Shown here piece by piece: positions 7,915-17,797 of a DNA stretch of 32,000 nt (the stretch's first letter is position 1; every line of letters begins with the position of its first letter). The stretch is from Haloquadratum walsbyi C23. Its GTDB lineage: Archaea; Halobacteriota; Halobacteria; Halobacteriales; Haloferacaceae. The stretch lies in assembly GCF_000237865.1 (NCBI RefSeq), contig NC_017459.1, positions 1,770,001-1,802,000 of the forward strand. The letters are read 5' to 3'. The notes below the pieces were generated by a model. It was not told where the DNA came from, did no database searches, and saw only the letters and a list, made by a program, of their open reading frames with translations. The translations under genes and the position numbers were made by a program.

Positions 7915-8030
7915 CTCATAGTGATTAGTTCGAATAACTTCACTGACGGTGTCGAATGACGCGGGTTCAGCGGCTCCTATCACCGACACGGATAATCACG
8001 GCGGTAAAGACTTGCACTAATCACTATCAG
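7915..8030 (-). mobile_element. MITE-like repeat, copy 3 (inverted orientation)
   Basis: Its reverse complement aligns end to end with copies 1 and 4. The ends read CTCATAGTGATTAGT ... ACTAATCACTATCAG. Confidence 0.8.
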
Positions 8031-8291
8031 GTGGTGTTCACTCGCAAGCTCAATTGGGTACCGTTGGGTGTGCTTGAGTATTCACTCTTAAGACGTGATA
8101 TACTCTCAGCCATTCCTTACAAGAACTACAGAGTCTGGAATCTCCGTACGTGCGTGAGGGACACACTGATAGAGAGATAAGAACCTCCGATCTCATCAGG
8201 TGAGGACCTGGAGGTTCATATCTGATATATTTTGGATTTGCCCCGGAGCAATTGACGCTGTTTTTATCTGTGGATGCGTTATATTTATTTG

Positions 8292-8876
8292 ATGGCTAAG
8301 GTCAGTATTGGACTCCAAGGGTGGCGTTTTGAGGAGTCGGAGATATTCACCGAGGAAGGTGAATTCCGACCACTTGCTGAGATTCCCGATGACACGCGAC
8401 AACGACTTGTTCGGTTGACCTATCTCCATGGTGAACCATGCATGGCATGTCATTGCATCTACGGCGATGAACAAAAGCGTCGATGTAACGAAGCGACAAT
8501 TGTCTACGGCGAACCTATGGCGGAGGTGCTATTATGTGCAGAGCATGAGGCTGATTTCCTTTATTGGTTCCGTGAGGGTGACGGTGCAGACACTGCTGGA
8601 ACAGATGGAGTTCAGACGGAATTTGTTAATTGGTTTACGAATGGAAATCGATCTCCAGACAATTATGATGGGATTGAGCATGTTATCACAGACCCAGACT
8701 CGCTTCCATCACCACCAGATGCTGATGAACTAACTCGGAGATTGAATCAAGAGTACGACGGAAAGCGAAAACGGATTGATCTTCGGACGGGTGAAATCTC
8801 ATGGGTGAATGGAAGTGGCAATACAACTAATGAGGAGTCCAGTCTTGATATTAACCGTGAATATCCGACAACGTAG
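8292..8876 (+). CDS. Conserved hypothetical acidic protein with a Cys/His cluster
   Basis: MAKVSIGLQGWRFEESE...HGEPCMACHCIYGDEQKRRCNE...LLCAEHEADF has acidic composition. It ends 9 nt before the TrmJ-like gene. An alternative ATG lies at 8274. Confidence 0.65.
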   Translation: MAKVSIGLQGWRFEESEIFTEEGEFRPLAEIPDDTRQRLVRLTYLHGEPCMACHCIYGDEQKRRCNEATIVYGEPMAEVLLCAEHEADFLYWFREGDGADTAGTDGVQTEFVNWFTNGNRSPDNYDGIEHVITDPDSLPSPPDADELTRRLNQEYDGKRKRIDLRTGEISWVNGSGNTTNEESSLDINREYPTT

Positions 8877-8885
8877 ACCGTATTA

Positions 8886-9884
8886 ATGCCAGAAGCTGCA
8901 CACAATTTTGTTGTTGTCGTCGTCGAGCCAGAGACGCCAGGAAACATCGGAACGATTGCTCGGGCGATGAAGAATTTCGGACTGACAGAGTTATTACTTG
9001 TTGACCCACCACCAATCCCGGCTGGAAGTGAAGCATATGGGTTTGCAGGGCATGCTCGTGAAGATGTTTTACCAAACGCAAAAACAGTCTCATTTGATGC
9101 TGTCGTCAATAAATATCATACAATTGGGACAACGGCAATCACCGCAGAAGATAGTCGCCATCATGTCCGATTTCCGTATAAAACCCCAGCTGAGATATCT
9201 GATGATCTCAAAACTGTCGAAACAGAGACTGCATTAGTGTTTGGACGAGAAGGCACTGGGCTCACGAACGACGAGTTGACCAGCTTAGATGAGGTGTGTT
9301 CAATCCCAGCAAATGAATCATATCCTGTATTGAATCTTGGGCAGGCAGCAACTGTACTATTATATGAACTGCGATCACTGACACTCACAGACACACAGCT
9401 TCCTGATGTTGAGCGTGAGCGTGCTGATGAGTCTGATATTGATCGCTTTTATGAATTCTTTACGGATTTTCTTCACTCTGTTGAGGGGCGTGAACATAAA
9501 CGAGAAAAGACAGCTCTAATGCTCCGTCGACTGATCGCCAGAGCACACCCAACTAATCGAGAGATCTCGACGTTACTTGGGCTGTTTCGGCGAGCAAATA
9601 TCCTCCTGGGAGAGCAATCATATGGTGAGTCAAATCAGACGGATGAAATGGACGATACTACTGCTGTTGAATCAATTCCAGAGGAGAGTATCAATGCGAT
9701 TATTGAATCAACATCATCAGGGTATGAGGAGACTGAGGCACAAACCAGTAGTGATGGTTCACTGTGTGACCAATCAGATTCAGCAGATCTCATGAATGCG
9801 GATGAAGACACAGAAATGACTGCAGGTGCAGACGTAGGCACAGATGCAGATGTAGAGACTAATACAAATAGTGATAATACCTGA
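8886..9884 (+). CDS. SpoU/TrmJ-type tRNA 2'-O-methyltransferase with an acidic C-terminal tail
   Basis: The SPOUT motifs are VVVVEPETPGNIGTIARAMKNFG, ALVFGREGTGLTNDEL and IPANESYPVLNLGQAATVLLYEL. The last ~90 aa are low complexity (D/E/T rich). Confidence 0.85.
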   Translation: MPEAAHNFVVVVVEPETPGNIGTIARAMKNFGLTELLLVDPPPIPAGSEAYGFAGHAREDVLPNAKTVSFDAVVNKYHTIGTTAITAEDSRHHVRFPYKTPAEISDDLKTVETETALVFGREGTGLTNDELTSLDEVCSIPANESYPVLNLGQAATVLLYELRSLTLTDTQLPDVERERADESDIDRFYEFFTDFLHSVEGREHKREKTALMLRRLIARAHPTNREISTLLGLFRRANILLGEQSYGESNQTDEMDDTTAVESIPEESINAIIESTSSGYEETEAQTSSDGSLCDQSDSADLMNADEDTEMTAGADVGTDADVETNTNSDNT

Positions 9885-9945
9885 TCTGAGTCATACATTC
9901 ACCCATTGTATCGCTAGCTGACCCCAAATTAAGCCAATAAGTATC

Positions 9946-11871
9946 TTACATTCGTTTTTGGATTGTCTCACGGAGGACATCACTCACAATCTCACCGTCG
10001 GCTTTGCCTCTAAGTGCACCCATTGCTTCGCCCATAAGTGCTGAGAATGCAGCCATCCCTTCTTCATCAACCTGCTCAGCATTTCGTTCAACAACGTCTA
10101 TGACGGCTGAACGGACCTCTGATTCAGAGACGCCAGAAAGTCCGGCTGCTTCGACGGCGTCCGCTGCCGACCGGGTTGGATCCTCTGTGAGTTTTGTAAT
10201 CACCGGTCCAACGCCCTCTTTTGCAAGTTCATCAGCTGAAACAAGTTGCATCACGGAGAGAAGATGGTCATCAGTTAGGGTCTCAACTGCAACCCCATCT
10301 CGACGAAGTTCAGTAAGTGTGGCTGTCAATAAACTAGCAGCGAAGGTCGGGTCAATACCCATATCAACGGCAGTCTCAAATAGTGGCATTCGACGTCCAT
10401 ATGCAATCTGCTCTGCGAGCCCTGGGTCAAGATTTAGTTTAGACTGATAGCGTTCAACGCGCTCGGTTAGAAGCTCTGGAGTCTCGATATCACCGATATC
10501 GAATGTTACTGGCGGCACATCAGTTTCTGGATACATACGTGCCGCTCCTGGTAGTGGTCGGAGGTATCGCGTGGTTCCATCATCATTTGCATCGCGTGTT
10601 TCTTCAGGAACACCAGATATGGCGTCTGCCGCCCGCTCAGCGACTGCCGCTGCTGCTTGTTCAGCCGTTTCAGGGTCTGCAGCAACTAATGCGACAGCAT
10701 CATTCTCGCCGGCATCAACTGCATTATAAAGTGAATTAATTTCAGATTCGCTAATACCATATGCAGGAAGCTCATCCGTATGGAATATCCCACCAGCACC
10801 ATAGCGACCAGCATGATCTGAGAGTTCTGTTCCGAGTCGCCGATCTGGTTGAAGCTCTCGTCCGACAAGTCTGTCAAATCCATATAGTGGTACCGCAGCA
10901 ACCATTCCATCATCAGCAAGTGTGCTTGCAATTACGCCCGAATCAGTATCTGTAAACACTGTCGAAACATCCTGTATTTCACCAACATCTGCGTCACGAC
11001 GGAGTAGTTCCGTTTGAATATCGACGAGTTCGACCTGTCGAGCGACTTCTTGACGGACAATCTCATCAATCTGATCAAGCGCTTGTACACCTTTAATTTC
11101 AACACGAGCTCCCTCAGCAATCGAGACATTCACATCTTGTCGAATCGTCCCAAGCCCACGCTTGACAGACCCCGTCGATCGGAGTAACATACCAATCTGC
11201 TCGGCAGCATCTTGTGCCTGCTCAGGGGTTGCAATATCGGGGCGTGTACCAATCTCAACGAGCGGAATACCAAGTCGGTCTAATGAGAAGGTCACAGCGC
11301 CATCGCGCTCTTCGATACGCTGAGCGGATTCTTCTTCGAGTAGGAGATCTTCAATCCCAACCGCCCCAGCATCGGTTTGGATTGTACCATCCTGTGCAAT
11401 AAGCGTTGAGCGCTGAAATCCAGACGTATTTGACCCATCAATTACGAGTTTTCGCATGACATGTGCTTGATCAACCGGTTCCATCTCAAGGAGATCAGCA
11501 ATCTGAAGCGCAACATTTTGAGCCTCTGTATCGAGTCGATGGGGTGGTTCTTCGTCTGCTTCGACAAGACATGTTGAATCGTATCCAAGGTACTCAAACT
11601 CGCGCTTGACTTGACTTTCCTCAAGTGCCGCCTTATCAAGTTCACCAAGTTCGCTTGTTGTTGGATGGAGATATCGAGTGAACGAATAGGTCGCTGCCTC
11701 AGGGTCACGACTCTGCGTTGGACACTCACAAAACAGCTTTGTCTCAGTATTGAGTTGTTGATGAATCTCTAATCCGGCAACTAGACCAAGATCAGCGTAA
11801 TCATACTCAGTATCATCATCTGTCGTGGTTTTTTCAGAGTCCACATCACTGTTAGCTGAGGTGGCAGTCAT
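9946..11871 (-). CDS. gatE: Glutamyl-tRNA(Gln) amidotransferase subunit E
   Basis: YDYADLGLVAGLEIHQQLNTETKLFCECPT and the overall ~640 aa architecture match GatE. The track start at 11940 is a GTG over-extension; the ATG at 11871 gives MTATSANSD. Confidence 0.95.
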   Translation of the reverse strand: MTATSANSDVDSEKTTTDDDTEYDYADLGLVAGLEIHQQLNTETKLFCECPTQSRDPEAATYSFTRYLHPTTSELGELDKAALEESQVKREFEYLGYDSTCLVEADEEPPHRLDTEAQNVALQIADLLEMEPVDQAHVMRKLVIDGSNTSGFQRSTLIAQDGTIQTDAGAVGIEDLLLEEESAQRIEERDGAVTFSLDRLGIPLVEIGTRPDIATPEQAQDAAEQIGMLLRSTGSVKRGLGTIRQDVNVSIAEGARVEIKGVQALDQIDEIVRQEVARQVELVDIQTELLRRDADVGEIQDVSTVFTDTDSGVIASTLADDGMVAAVPLYGFDRLVGRELQPDRRLGTELSDHAGRYGAGGIFHTDELPAYGISESEINSLYNAVDAGENDAVALVAADPETAEQAAAAVAERAADAISGVPEETRDANDDGTTRYLRPLPGAARMYPETDVPPVTFDIGDIETPELLTERVERYQSKLNLDPGLAEQIAYGRRMPLFETAVDMGIDPTFAASLLTATLTELRRDGVAVETLTDDHLLSVMQLVSADELAKEGVGPVITKLTEDPTRSAADAVEAAGLSGVSESEVRSAVIDVVERNAEQVDEEGMAAFSALMGEAMGALRGKADGEIVSDVLRETIQKRM

Positions 11872-11891
11872 TATGTTTCTATCCACGCTGG

Positions 11892-11900
11892 TGGAATAAA
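11892..11900 (-). promoter_or_regulatory. Candidate TATA box for gatE (could also terminate the upstream small gene)
   Basis: Minus strand reads TTTTTTATT, 21-29 nt upstream of the gatE ATG. Confidence 0.3.
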
Positions 11901-11994
11901 AAAGGTTCAATGGAGGAATACATTCAATAGAGAAGTGCACCGAGCTATCTCACGACGTAGTGTTTTTTAAACAGTTATCGTGTAAATTACCTAT

Positions 11995-12159
11995 TCAACA
12001 CACACGAAGTCCATCGCCAATTCCACGTCCCTCTTCACACTCAGGGCACACATAGTGCCAGCCGTCATCAGTTGCCTGACCTTCAGGAAACTGCGCTCCA
12101 CATCGCCGACATTCTAACTTATCCCGTCCAGTCTCGCGTCCATACTGTAATGCAGGCAT
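11995..12159 (-). CDS. Small CPxCG-related zinc-finger protein (54 aa)
   Basis: MPALQYGRETGRDKLECRRCGAQFPEGQATDDGWHYVCPECEEGRGIGDGLRVC has two CxxC pairs. The TTG-extended N-terminus in the track is non-acidic and unlikely. Confidence 0.6.
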   Translation of the reverse strand: MPALQYGRETGRDKLECRRCGAQFPEGQATDDGWHYVCPECEEGRGIGDGLRVC

Positions 12160-12391
12160 ATCTGAGATGAATGAAACAGTCAATATTAATCCGTCGGTCT
12201 CCGGCTGTATAGTGTTATGTGAGCATATAACAACATACTGTGCGATCTCCAATTAACATATCCTGGAATATTTTCGCTTCTAATTTAAATTCATGAATCG
12301 CTTCGAGTCAAATGACTCCTGAAACTCTCGCTATTTTGATTACGTTATATTCCCGTGTAGTATCAGTTTGTATCTTTTCATGGACCAACAA

Positions 12392-13846
12392 TCACTGTGC
12401 ATCCGTCGTATCCTCAGTATCATCATTATCTGCTTGATCATCATTTTCACCAAGGATTCCACGGTGCGTCATCGTCTCCGGGTTAAGCACGGTATCGGCT
12501 TTTGTTGGTGAGAGATACCCTTGCTCAATAACAACGTCGCGAACGGTTGCATCCTCTTTCAGTGCCTTTTTCGCGACTTTACTTGCCTTATCATAGCCAA
12601 TCGTTGGATTTAGTGCTGTAACAAGCGCCAGTGATTGATCAACCTGTGTTTCACAAACTGCTTCATTTGCATCAAGCTTGGCAATAAAACGCTCAGCGAA
12701 CACGGTTGATGCGTTTGAGAGTAACATCGCTGACTGCAAGAAGTTGTGTGCAATAACAGGTTTATACAGGTTCAAATCGATTTGACCCTCAGCAGCGCCC
12801 GCAGCAACAGCAGCATCATTACCAACAACCTGTTTATGTGCCTGATTAACTGCTTCAGCGATAACAGGATTAATTTTCCCAGGCATAATTGAGCTCCCTG
12901 GCTGGTTTTCTGGCTGGTCGATTTCACCAAGTCCATTGCGCGGTCCCGACGCAAGCAACCGGAGATCATTGGCTATTTTATTCAATGAGCCCGCGACTGT
13001 CCGCAATGCACCATGCGCTTCACTCATTGCATCATGTGCTGCTTGCGCTTCGAAATGACTGTCTGCTGGTTGGAATGATATAGTTGTTTCAGTGCTGATA
13101 TATTCAGTCGCTCGTGTCGGAAACTCAGGGTGAGTGTTTAGTCCCGTCCCAACAGCGGTCCCACCGAGTGCGAGTTCACTGAGATGGTCAGTGACCGTTT
13201 CAACTCGTGAGATTCCTTTTTTTATCTGCGTTTTGTATCCATCGAATTCCTGACCAAGACTGATTGGTGTTGCATCCTGTAGGTGTGTTCGACCAGTCTT
13301 AATCACATCATCAAATGCTTCAGCTTGTGAGGCAAGCTCTGATTCAAGTGTATCCAAGGCTGGAAGCAAATCTTTCGTGACTGCTTCATCTGCGGCAATA
13401 TGCATCGCTGTTGGAATAACGTCATTTGATGATTGTCCGAAGTTGACATCATCATTTGGATGGACAGCACGTTCACCAATTGATTTATCAAGAATCTCAG
13501 CAGCACGGTTCGCAATAACCTCATTTGCGTTCATATTGGAGGAGGTCCCCGAACCGGTCTGAAAGATATCGACAGGAAACTGATCATCAAACTCTCCAGC
13601 GATGACCTCATCCGCTGCTGCAACAATCGCATCGGCGGTGTCAGCGTCAATCAAATCAAGGTCCCGGTTTGCTTGCGCTGCTGCTTTCTTTACGATTCCA
13701 AGTGCACGAATGAACCGTCGACCGAATGTAATCCCTGATAGCGGAAAATTCTCGATTGCCCGCTGTGTCTGTGCACCCCAGTAAGCGTCTGCTGGGACTT
13801 GTATCTCTCCAAGGCTATCTCGTTCGACTCGATAATCATCTGCCAT
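12392..13846 (-). CDS. fumC: Fumarate hydratase, class II
   Basis: MADDYRVERDSLGEIQVPADAYWGAQTQRAIENF plus the GSSIMPGKINP signature. It has an acidic C-terminal tail. Confidence 0.95.
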   Translation of the reverse strand: MADDYRVERDSLGEIQVPADAYWGAQTQRAIENFPLSGITFGRRFIRALGIVKKAAAQANRDLDLIDADTADAIVAAADEVIAGEFDDQFPVDIFQTGSGTSSNMNANEVIANRAAEILDKSIGERAVHPNDDVNFGQSSNDVIPTAMHIAADEAVTKDLLPALDTLESELASQAEAFDDVIKTGRTHLQDATPISLGQEFDGYKTQIKKGISRVETVTDHLSELALGGTAVGTGLNTHPEFPTRATEYISTETTISFQPADSHFEAQAAHDAMSEAHGALRTVAGSLNKIANDLRLLASGPRNGLGEIDQPENQPGSSIMPGKINPVIAEAVNQAHKQVVGNDAAVAAGAAEGQIDLNLYKPVIAHNFLQSAMLLSNASTVFAERFIAKLDANEAVCETQVDQSLALVTALNPTIGYDKASKVAKKALKEDATVRDVVIEQGYLSPTKADTVLNPETMTHRGILGENDDQADNDDTEDTTDAQ

Positions 13847-14018
13847 CGGTCGCTTCGAGGGAAGCCGAATGCGTAAAACCCGTCGATATTCAGTCGTTCC
13901 TCAACACTATGTATAAAATATCTATTAGTTTCTTATCTGCTCACGGATATGTCGAATGAAATGAATACCATCATTATAATCGAATCATTCGGGTCACACC
14001 TACACTCAGATTCAAGCC

Positions 14019-14134
14019 CTGATAGTGATTAGTGCAAGTCTTTACCGCCGTGATTATGCGTGTCGGCGATGGAAGTCGCTGAACCCGCGTCATTCGACAC
14101 CGTCAGTGAAACTATTCGAAGTAATCATTATGAG
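14019..14134 (+). mobile_element. MITE-like repeat, copy 4
   Basis: CTGATAGTGATTAGTGCAAGTCTTTACCGCCGTGATTAT...GAAACTATTCGAAGTAATCATTATGAG is near-identical to copy 1. Confidence 0.8.
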
Positions 14135-14321
14135 TCACTCACCCTGTTTTCTGTATAACTAACATGGGCAACGAATATTGGACGCAGGACTCATCAGCAT
14201 CAACGCTATGCCAACACGAAACGTTGGCACAAGGTGAGTGTAAGAAACCACATTCGTTGCCCTTTCACCCCGGGCAGTGAGTACGAACCCGGAAGACACG
14301 GATTAGCGCACCCGTAGTACT

Positions 14322-14591
14322 TCACTCGACGGACGCCGTCTGATCATATTCATCTGGTGTGTATGTCTTCATCTCGAGTGCGTGGATTTCGGTCGTCATT
14401 GCATCACCAAGGGCGTCATAGACAAGCTCGTGTTGTTCAACAAGCGATTTATTTTCAAATGCAGGTGATACAATAACTGCCGCAAAGTGCGAGTCTTCAT
14501 GATTTTCATCCGGGGTCCGCGGTAATGAGACGGTTGCCGTTGCGTCTGGAATCTCCGATTCAATCTGCGCCTCGACTTCAGCTGAATCCAT
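14322..14591 (-). CDS. BolA family protein
   Basis: MDSAEVEAQIESEIPDA...HFAAVIVSPAFENKSLVEQHELVYDALGDAMTTEIHALEMKTYTPDEY fits the BolA pattern. The track start at 14627 is a GTG. Confidence 0.8.
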   Translation of the reverse strand: MDSAEVEAQIESEIPDATATVSLPRTPDENHEDSHFAAVIVSPAFENKSLVEQHELVYDALGDAMTTEIHALEMKTYTPDEYDQTASVE

Positions 14592-14734
14592 ATCTGTATC
14601 ATTGCAATCCCCGTGAATAAATACCACTCTTAGGATATACAGTGAGTGGACTTTCTATAACAATTTGCCAGTCATATATCATATAATTCAATAAATGAAA
14701 CTCAGCAGTCTCAAATAAAATATAATAATGTCGG

Positions 14735-15088
14735 TTACGTATATCCAAAAAGCATTCCAACCATAATTGCGGCAGTCATCACACCGATACCAAAGCCGCT
14801 GATACGAGCCATCGCCCGACGTGAATCAGCCTCATCCCAGTCACTCGGAGCTTCAAGATGCGTCTGCATTGCTCTCATTCCTGGACCAGCAATAACTGAC
14901 GCTGACCACCCAAGTGCTCCAAACCCAAGTGCAAGTGTCCCAACAAGAAAAGCGGTATCAGCAGCTGTTGGGATACCGATGACATATGCACTCATAGAGA
15001 CAGAAATAGTACCGAGCGTACAACCAACCAGCAGTGCGGTTCCAACAACTCGACCTCGAACAGTAACGAGAGAGTGTATCGAGAACAT
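14735..15088 (-). CDS. Small integral membrane protein (about 3-4 TM segments), hypothetical
   Basis: MFSIHSLVTVRGRVVGTALLVGCTLGTISV...GFGIGVMTAAIMVGMLFGYT is hydrophobic. The 69 aa upstream of this Met in the track ORF are a tnpB relic (next feature), not part of this protein. Confidence 0.55.
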   Translation of the reverse strand: MFSIHSLVTVRGRVVGTALLVGCTLGTISVSMSAYVIGIPTAADTAFLVGTLALGFGALGWSASVIAGPGMRAMQTHLEAPSDWDEADSRRAMARISGFGIGVMTAAIMVGMLFGYT

Positions 15089-15345
15089 TGGTCGATCGTG
15101 AACTACCCTACCATACTCGCTCACGGCTGAGAACGTTCGCTTCTTGGGAAGAGGGCTTCCTGCTTGTACGACGCGCTTTGCAGACACAAAATGTGTGTCT
15201 GCAGGGAACGCAGCTTCCACATCCACAGGCGTTCGTTCGGAGTGAACGACTCCTACACCTACATCTTCGAGACCACACCGGAGAGGATCTTCCACGCCGC
15301 GTTCGAGTCTCTATCCGGTTCAATCCGTGGGATGAACCCCAGCGG
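15089..15345 (-). pseudogene. C-terminal relic of an IS1341-type TnpB gene (frameshifted, 5'-truncated)
   Basis: The minus-strand fragments read PLGFIPRIEPDRDSNAAWKILSG and, after a frameshift, GLEDVGVGVVHSERTPVDVEAAFPADTHFVSAKRVVQAGSPLPKKRTFSAVSE. GGTAGGGTA follows. This looks like a typical haloarchaeal TnpB C-terminus as I recall it. Confidence 0.6.
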
Positions 15346-15518
15346 TTTATTTGGCTTAGTATCATAAAACACATCTTTTCTTATTGTCGGCATTGTATCT
15401 CGTGTCTACTTTGCTATTCGGTCGCTTCGCCCGCTGCGTTGCTGCTCAACTGGGAGTTAGCGCCTAATTCCAGTTAATCTCTCAGACACCAGAGTCATGA
15501 TTATTCCGGTCATTACGG

Positions 15519-16457
15519 TCAGTCAATTGCCTCACGCATTCGCGGGTCAAGCGCATCACGCATCCCATCACCGAGTAGATTAAATCCAAGCACGGTGATA
15601 GCGAGGAATAATCCCGGGAAGAAAGACATCCACCACTTTCCTGTGAGCAATCCATTCTCGACTCCCCGAGAGAGCATCAGCCCCCATGACGGAGCGCCTG
15701 CTTGTGCACCAAACCCAAGGAACGACAGTGCGGCGAGGTCAATAATTGCAAGTCCAAAGTTCAGGGTTGATTGGACAGTGATTGGTGCAATACAATTCGG
15801 GAGAACATGTCGAATGAGGACTCGAGGATCGTGTGAACCAAGTGCAATCGTTGCATCAACATATTCATCTTCGAGCACTTTAAGTGCCGCACCACGAACA
15901 ACGCGTGCAAATCGTGGTGTATACACAAGTGTGAGTGCAAGGACAGCTTTCCAGAGCCCAGCACCAAAAATGGCGACAAGCGCAAGTGCAAGAAGTAATG
16001 ATGGAAATGCAAGAAGCATATCCATTGTACGCATGATGATATTATCGGTGACATCGCCATAGTACGCGGCGATGATTCCAAGTCCAACTCCTAGTGCTGT
16101 CGAGGCACCAACCGCGATAGTACCGAATTTTAGTGCTAGCCATGATCCATACAATGTCCGTTTAAATATATCTCGGGCAGCGACATCAGTTCCAAAAAGA
16201 TATTGATTCCACGCGGCCGGACCAGTCCACCCGGGTGGATGCCGATCCGGAATTGAGCTTCCAAGACGAGACCCAGTCAAAATATTCAAATCGAATGTAA
16301 CTCGCGCAACGATGGCTATAGTGAAGATGCCGAGAATAATGCTCAATCCGACGATAGCAAGTCGATTTGATAACAGACTGGATATAAACGGTGATGCCAG
16401 TAATCGGTCAGCGAAACTTCGTGTGTCAGCGTCGGATGACGGCGAATCAGTTGCCAT
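15519..16457 (-). CDS. ABC transporter permease, DppC/OppC type
   Basis: 312 aa, multi-TM, with a binding-protein-dependent transport inner-membrane domain. Confidence 0.93.
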   Translation of the reverse strand: MATDSPSSDADTRSFADRLLASPFISSLLSNRLAIVGLSIILGIFTIAIVARVTFDLNILTGSRLGSSIPDRHPPGWTGPAAWNQYLFGTDVAARDIFKRTLYGSWLALKFGTIAVGASTALGVGLGIIAAYYGDVTDNIIMRTMDMLLAFPSLLLALALVAIFGAGLWKAVLALTLVYTPRFARVVRGAALKVLEDEYVDATIALGSHDPRVLIRHVLPNCIAPITVQSTLNFGLAIIDLAALSFLGFGAQAGAPSWGLMLSRGVENGLLTGKWWMSFFPGLFLAITVLGFNLLGDGMRDALDPRMREAID

Positions 16458-16609
16458 AGGTGATTATGATGGGTCGAATGTTCGTATGCAGGACTGTACA
16501 TATAAACGCAAAGACGACTGGATAGTAGATATTGAACGTATTGCTATGGGTGACTCATTGTGCGTGTTCAGAATCGTGAAGCGTTGACAACGATATGGTA
16601 TTGAATAAA

Positions 16610-17653
16610 TCATTGGTCAATTCGTGGATCAAGATAGCTGTATGTGATATCAACACCAAAATTGACAAATGTAAAAAGCAATGCAAAGGTGAGTACTGTC
16701 CCTTGAACAAGTGGATAGTCGGAAGCGCCAATCGCACTGACAAGCATCGTTCCAATACCACCAATTCCAAACACAGTCTCAGTGAGAACTGCACCGCCCA
16801 ATAATGTCCCGAACTGAATGCCAATCACTGTTACAACCGGAATTAACGCGTTTTGAAATCCGTGTTTAAGGATCGTTATTTTTGCGCCCTGTCCTTTTGC
16901 CCGAGCCGTCCGCATGTAGTCCTGTCTGACGACTTCAAGCATTGATGAGCGCATCATCCGAGATAACAACGCCATCTGATAGATTCCAAGAACAAGCACC
17001 GGTAATAACAGATGTCTTACTGCTGAAATAAATGCATCAAACTCACCAAGTAATAATGTATCGATTGTGACCATCCCGGTGAGCGGAAGCTCCATTCCGA
17101 ATAATGACCATTGCTCCGAGAGGAAGATAGTTGAACCAATACGTCCACTTGTGGGGAGGATACCTAAAAAGGTCGAAAATAATAGAATAAGCAGTGGTCC
17201 GGACCAAAAGATCGGAACAGAGATACCAGTGAGTGCACCAACCCGGGTGAGATGGTCTGTAAGTGAGTCCTGTTTTACGGCTGATATTACACCAAGCGGA
17301 ATGCCAAGAAGAATACCAGTTATTTGTCCATAAATCGCCAATTCAAGTGTCACGGGAAGTCGACTAGCAAGGACATTCTGAACTGGTTCCCCTTGTGCGA
17401 TTTTATACGACTGACCGAAATCAAATGTTGCTGCATCAATCAAAAAGCGGATGTACTGAACCCAGAGTGGGTCATTAAGGCCGAGTTCACTCCGAACCTG
17501 TGCAACTTGCTGTGCGGAGGCGCGCTGACCGACAATAATTCGCGCTGGGTCACCAGGAGCAAGTTGGAGAATTGAAAACACAAGCGTTGCAACACCGAAT
17601 AAAACTGGCACGAGTAACAGAACACGTCGAAAGAGGAACCGTTTTGATACCAT
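16610..17653 (-). CDS. ABC transporter permease, DppB/OppB type
   Basis: 347 aa. MVSKRFLFRRVLLLVPVLFGVATLVFSILQLAPGDPA is the typical DppB N-terminus. Confidence 0.93.
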   Translation of the reverse strand: MVSKRFLFRRVLLLVPVLFGVATLVFSILQLAPGDPARIIVGQRASAQQVAQVRSELGLNDPLWVQYIRFLIDAATFDFGQSYKIAQGEPVQNVLASRLPVTLELAIYGQITGILLGIPLGVISAVKQDSLTDHLTRVGALTGISVPIFWSGPLLILLFSTFLGILPTSGRIGSTIFLSEQWSLFGMELPLTGMVTIDTLLLGEFDAFISAVRHLLLPVLVLGIYQMALLSRMMRSSMLEVVRQDYMRTARAKGQGAKITILKHGFQNALIPVVTVIGIQFGTLLGGAVLTETVFGIGGIGTMLVSAIGASDYPLVQGTVLTFALLFTFVNFGVDITYSYLDPRIDQ

Positions 17654-17797
17654 ATTATCGTTAGTCGAATGTGTGTGGGTGAATTCAGCAGAGATCTAAT
17701 GTGATATTTTGTATGTGCGAAATTAAATCACGGATCATGATGTTCGTTACAGACACTGAGCGTGGATATCACAATCGCACCGATATTCCGAGATGGC

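Noticed and set aside
7950-7975. GCGGGTTCAGCG, a tRNA T-arm-like string inside the MITE copies
   Set aside because: No acceptor, D or anticodon arms can be drawn around it. It recurs only as part of the repeat.
7834-8216. Short hairpins ATAGGTAT..ATACCTAT (7834-7859) and AACCTCC..GGAGGTT (8182-8216) in the folP / 8292-gene spacer
   Set aside because: Stems of 7-8 bp at this spacing are expected by chance. There is no repetition elsewhere in the window and no obvious positional logic.
14186-14200. UGAUGA (C-box-like) on the minus strand within the 14166-14262 element
   Set aside because: I found no appropriately spaced CUGA D box, C'/D' pair or terminal stem, so a C/D-box sRNA call is not supported.
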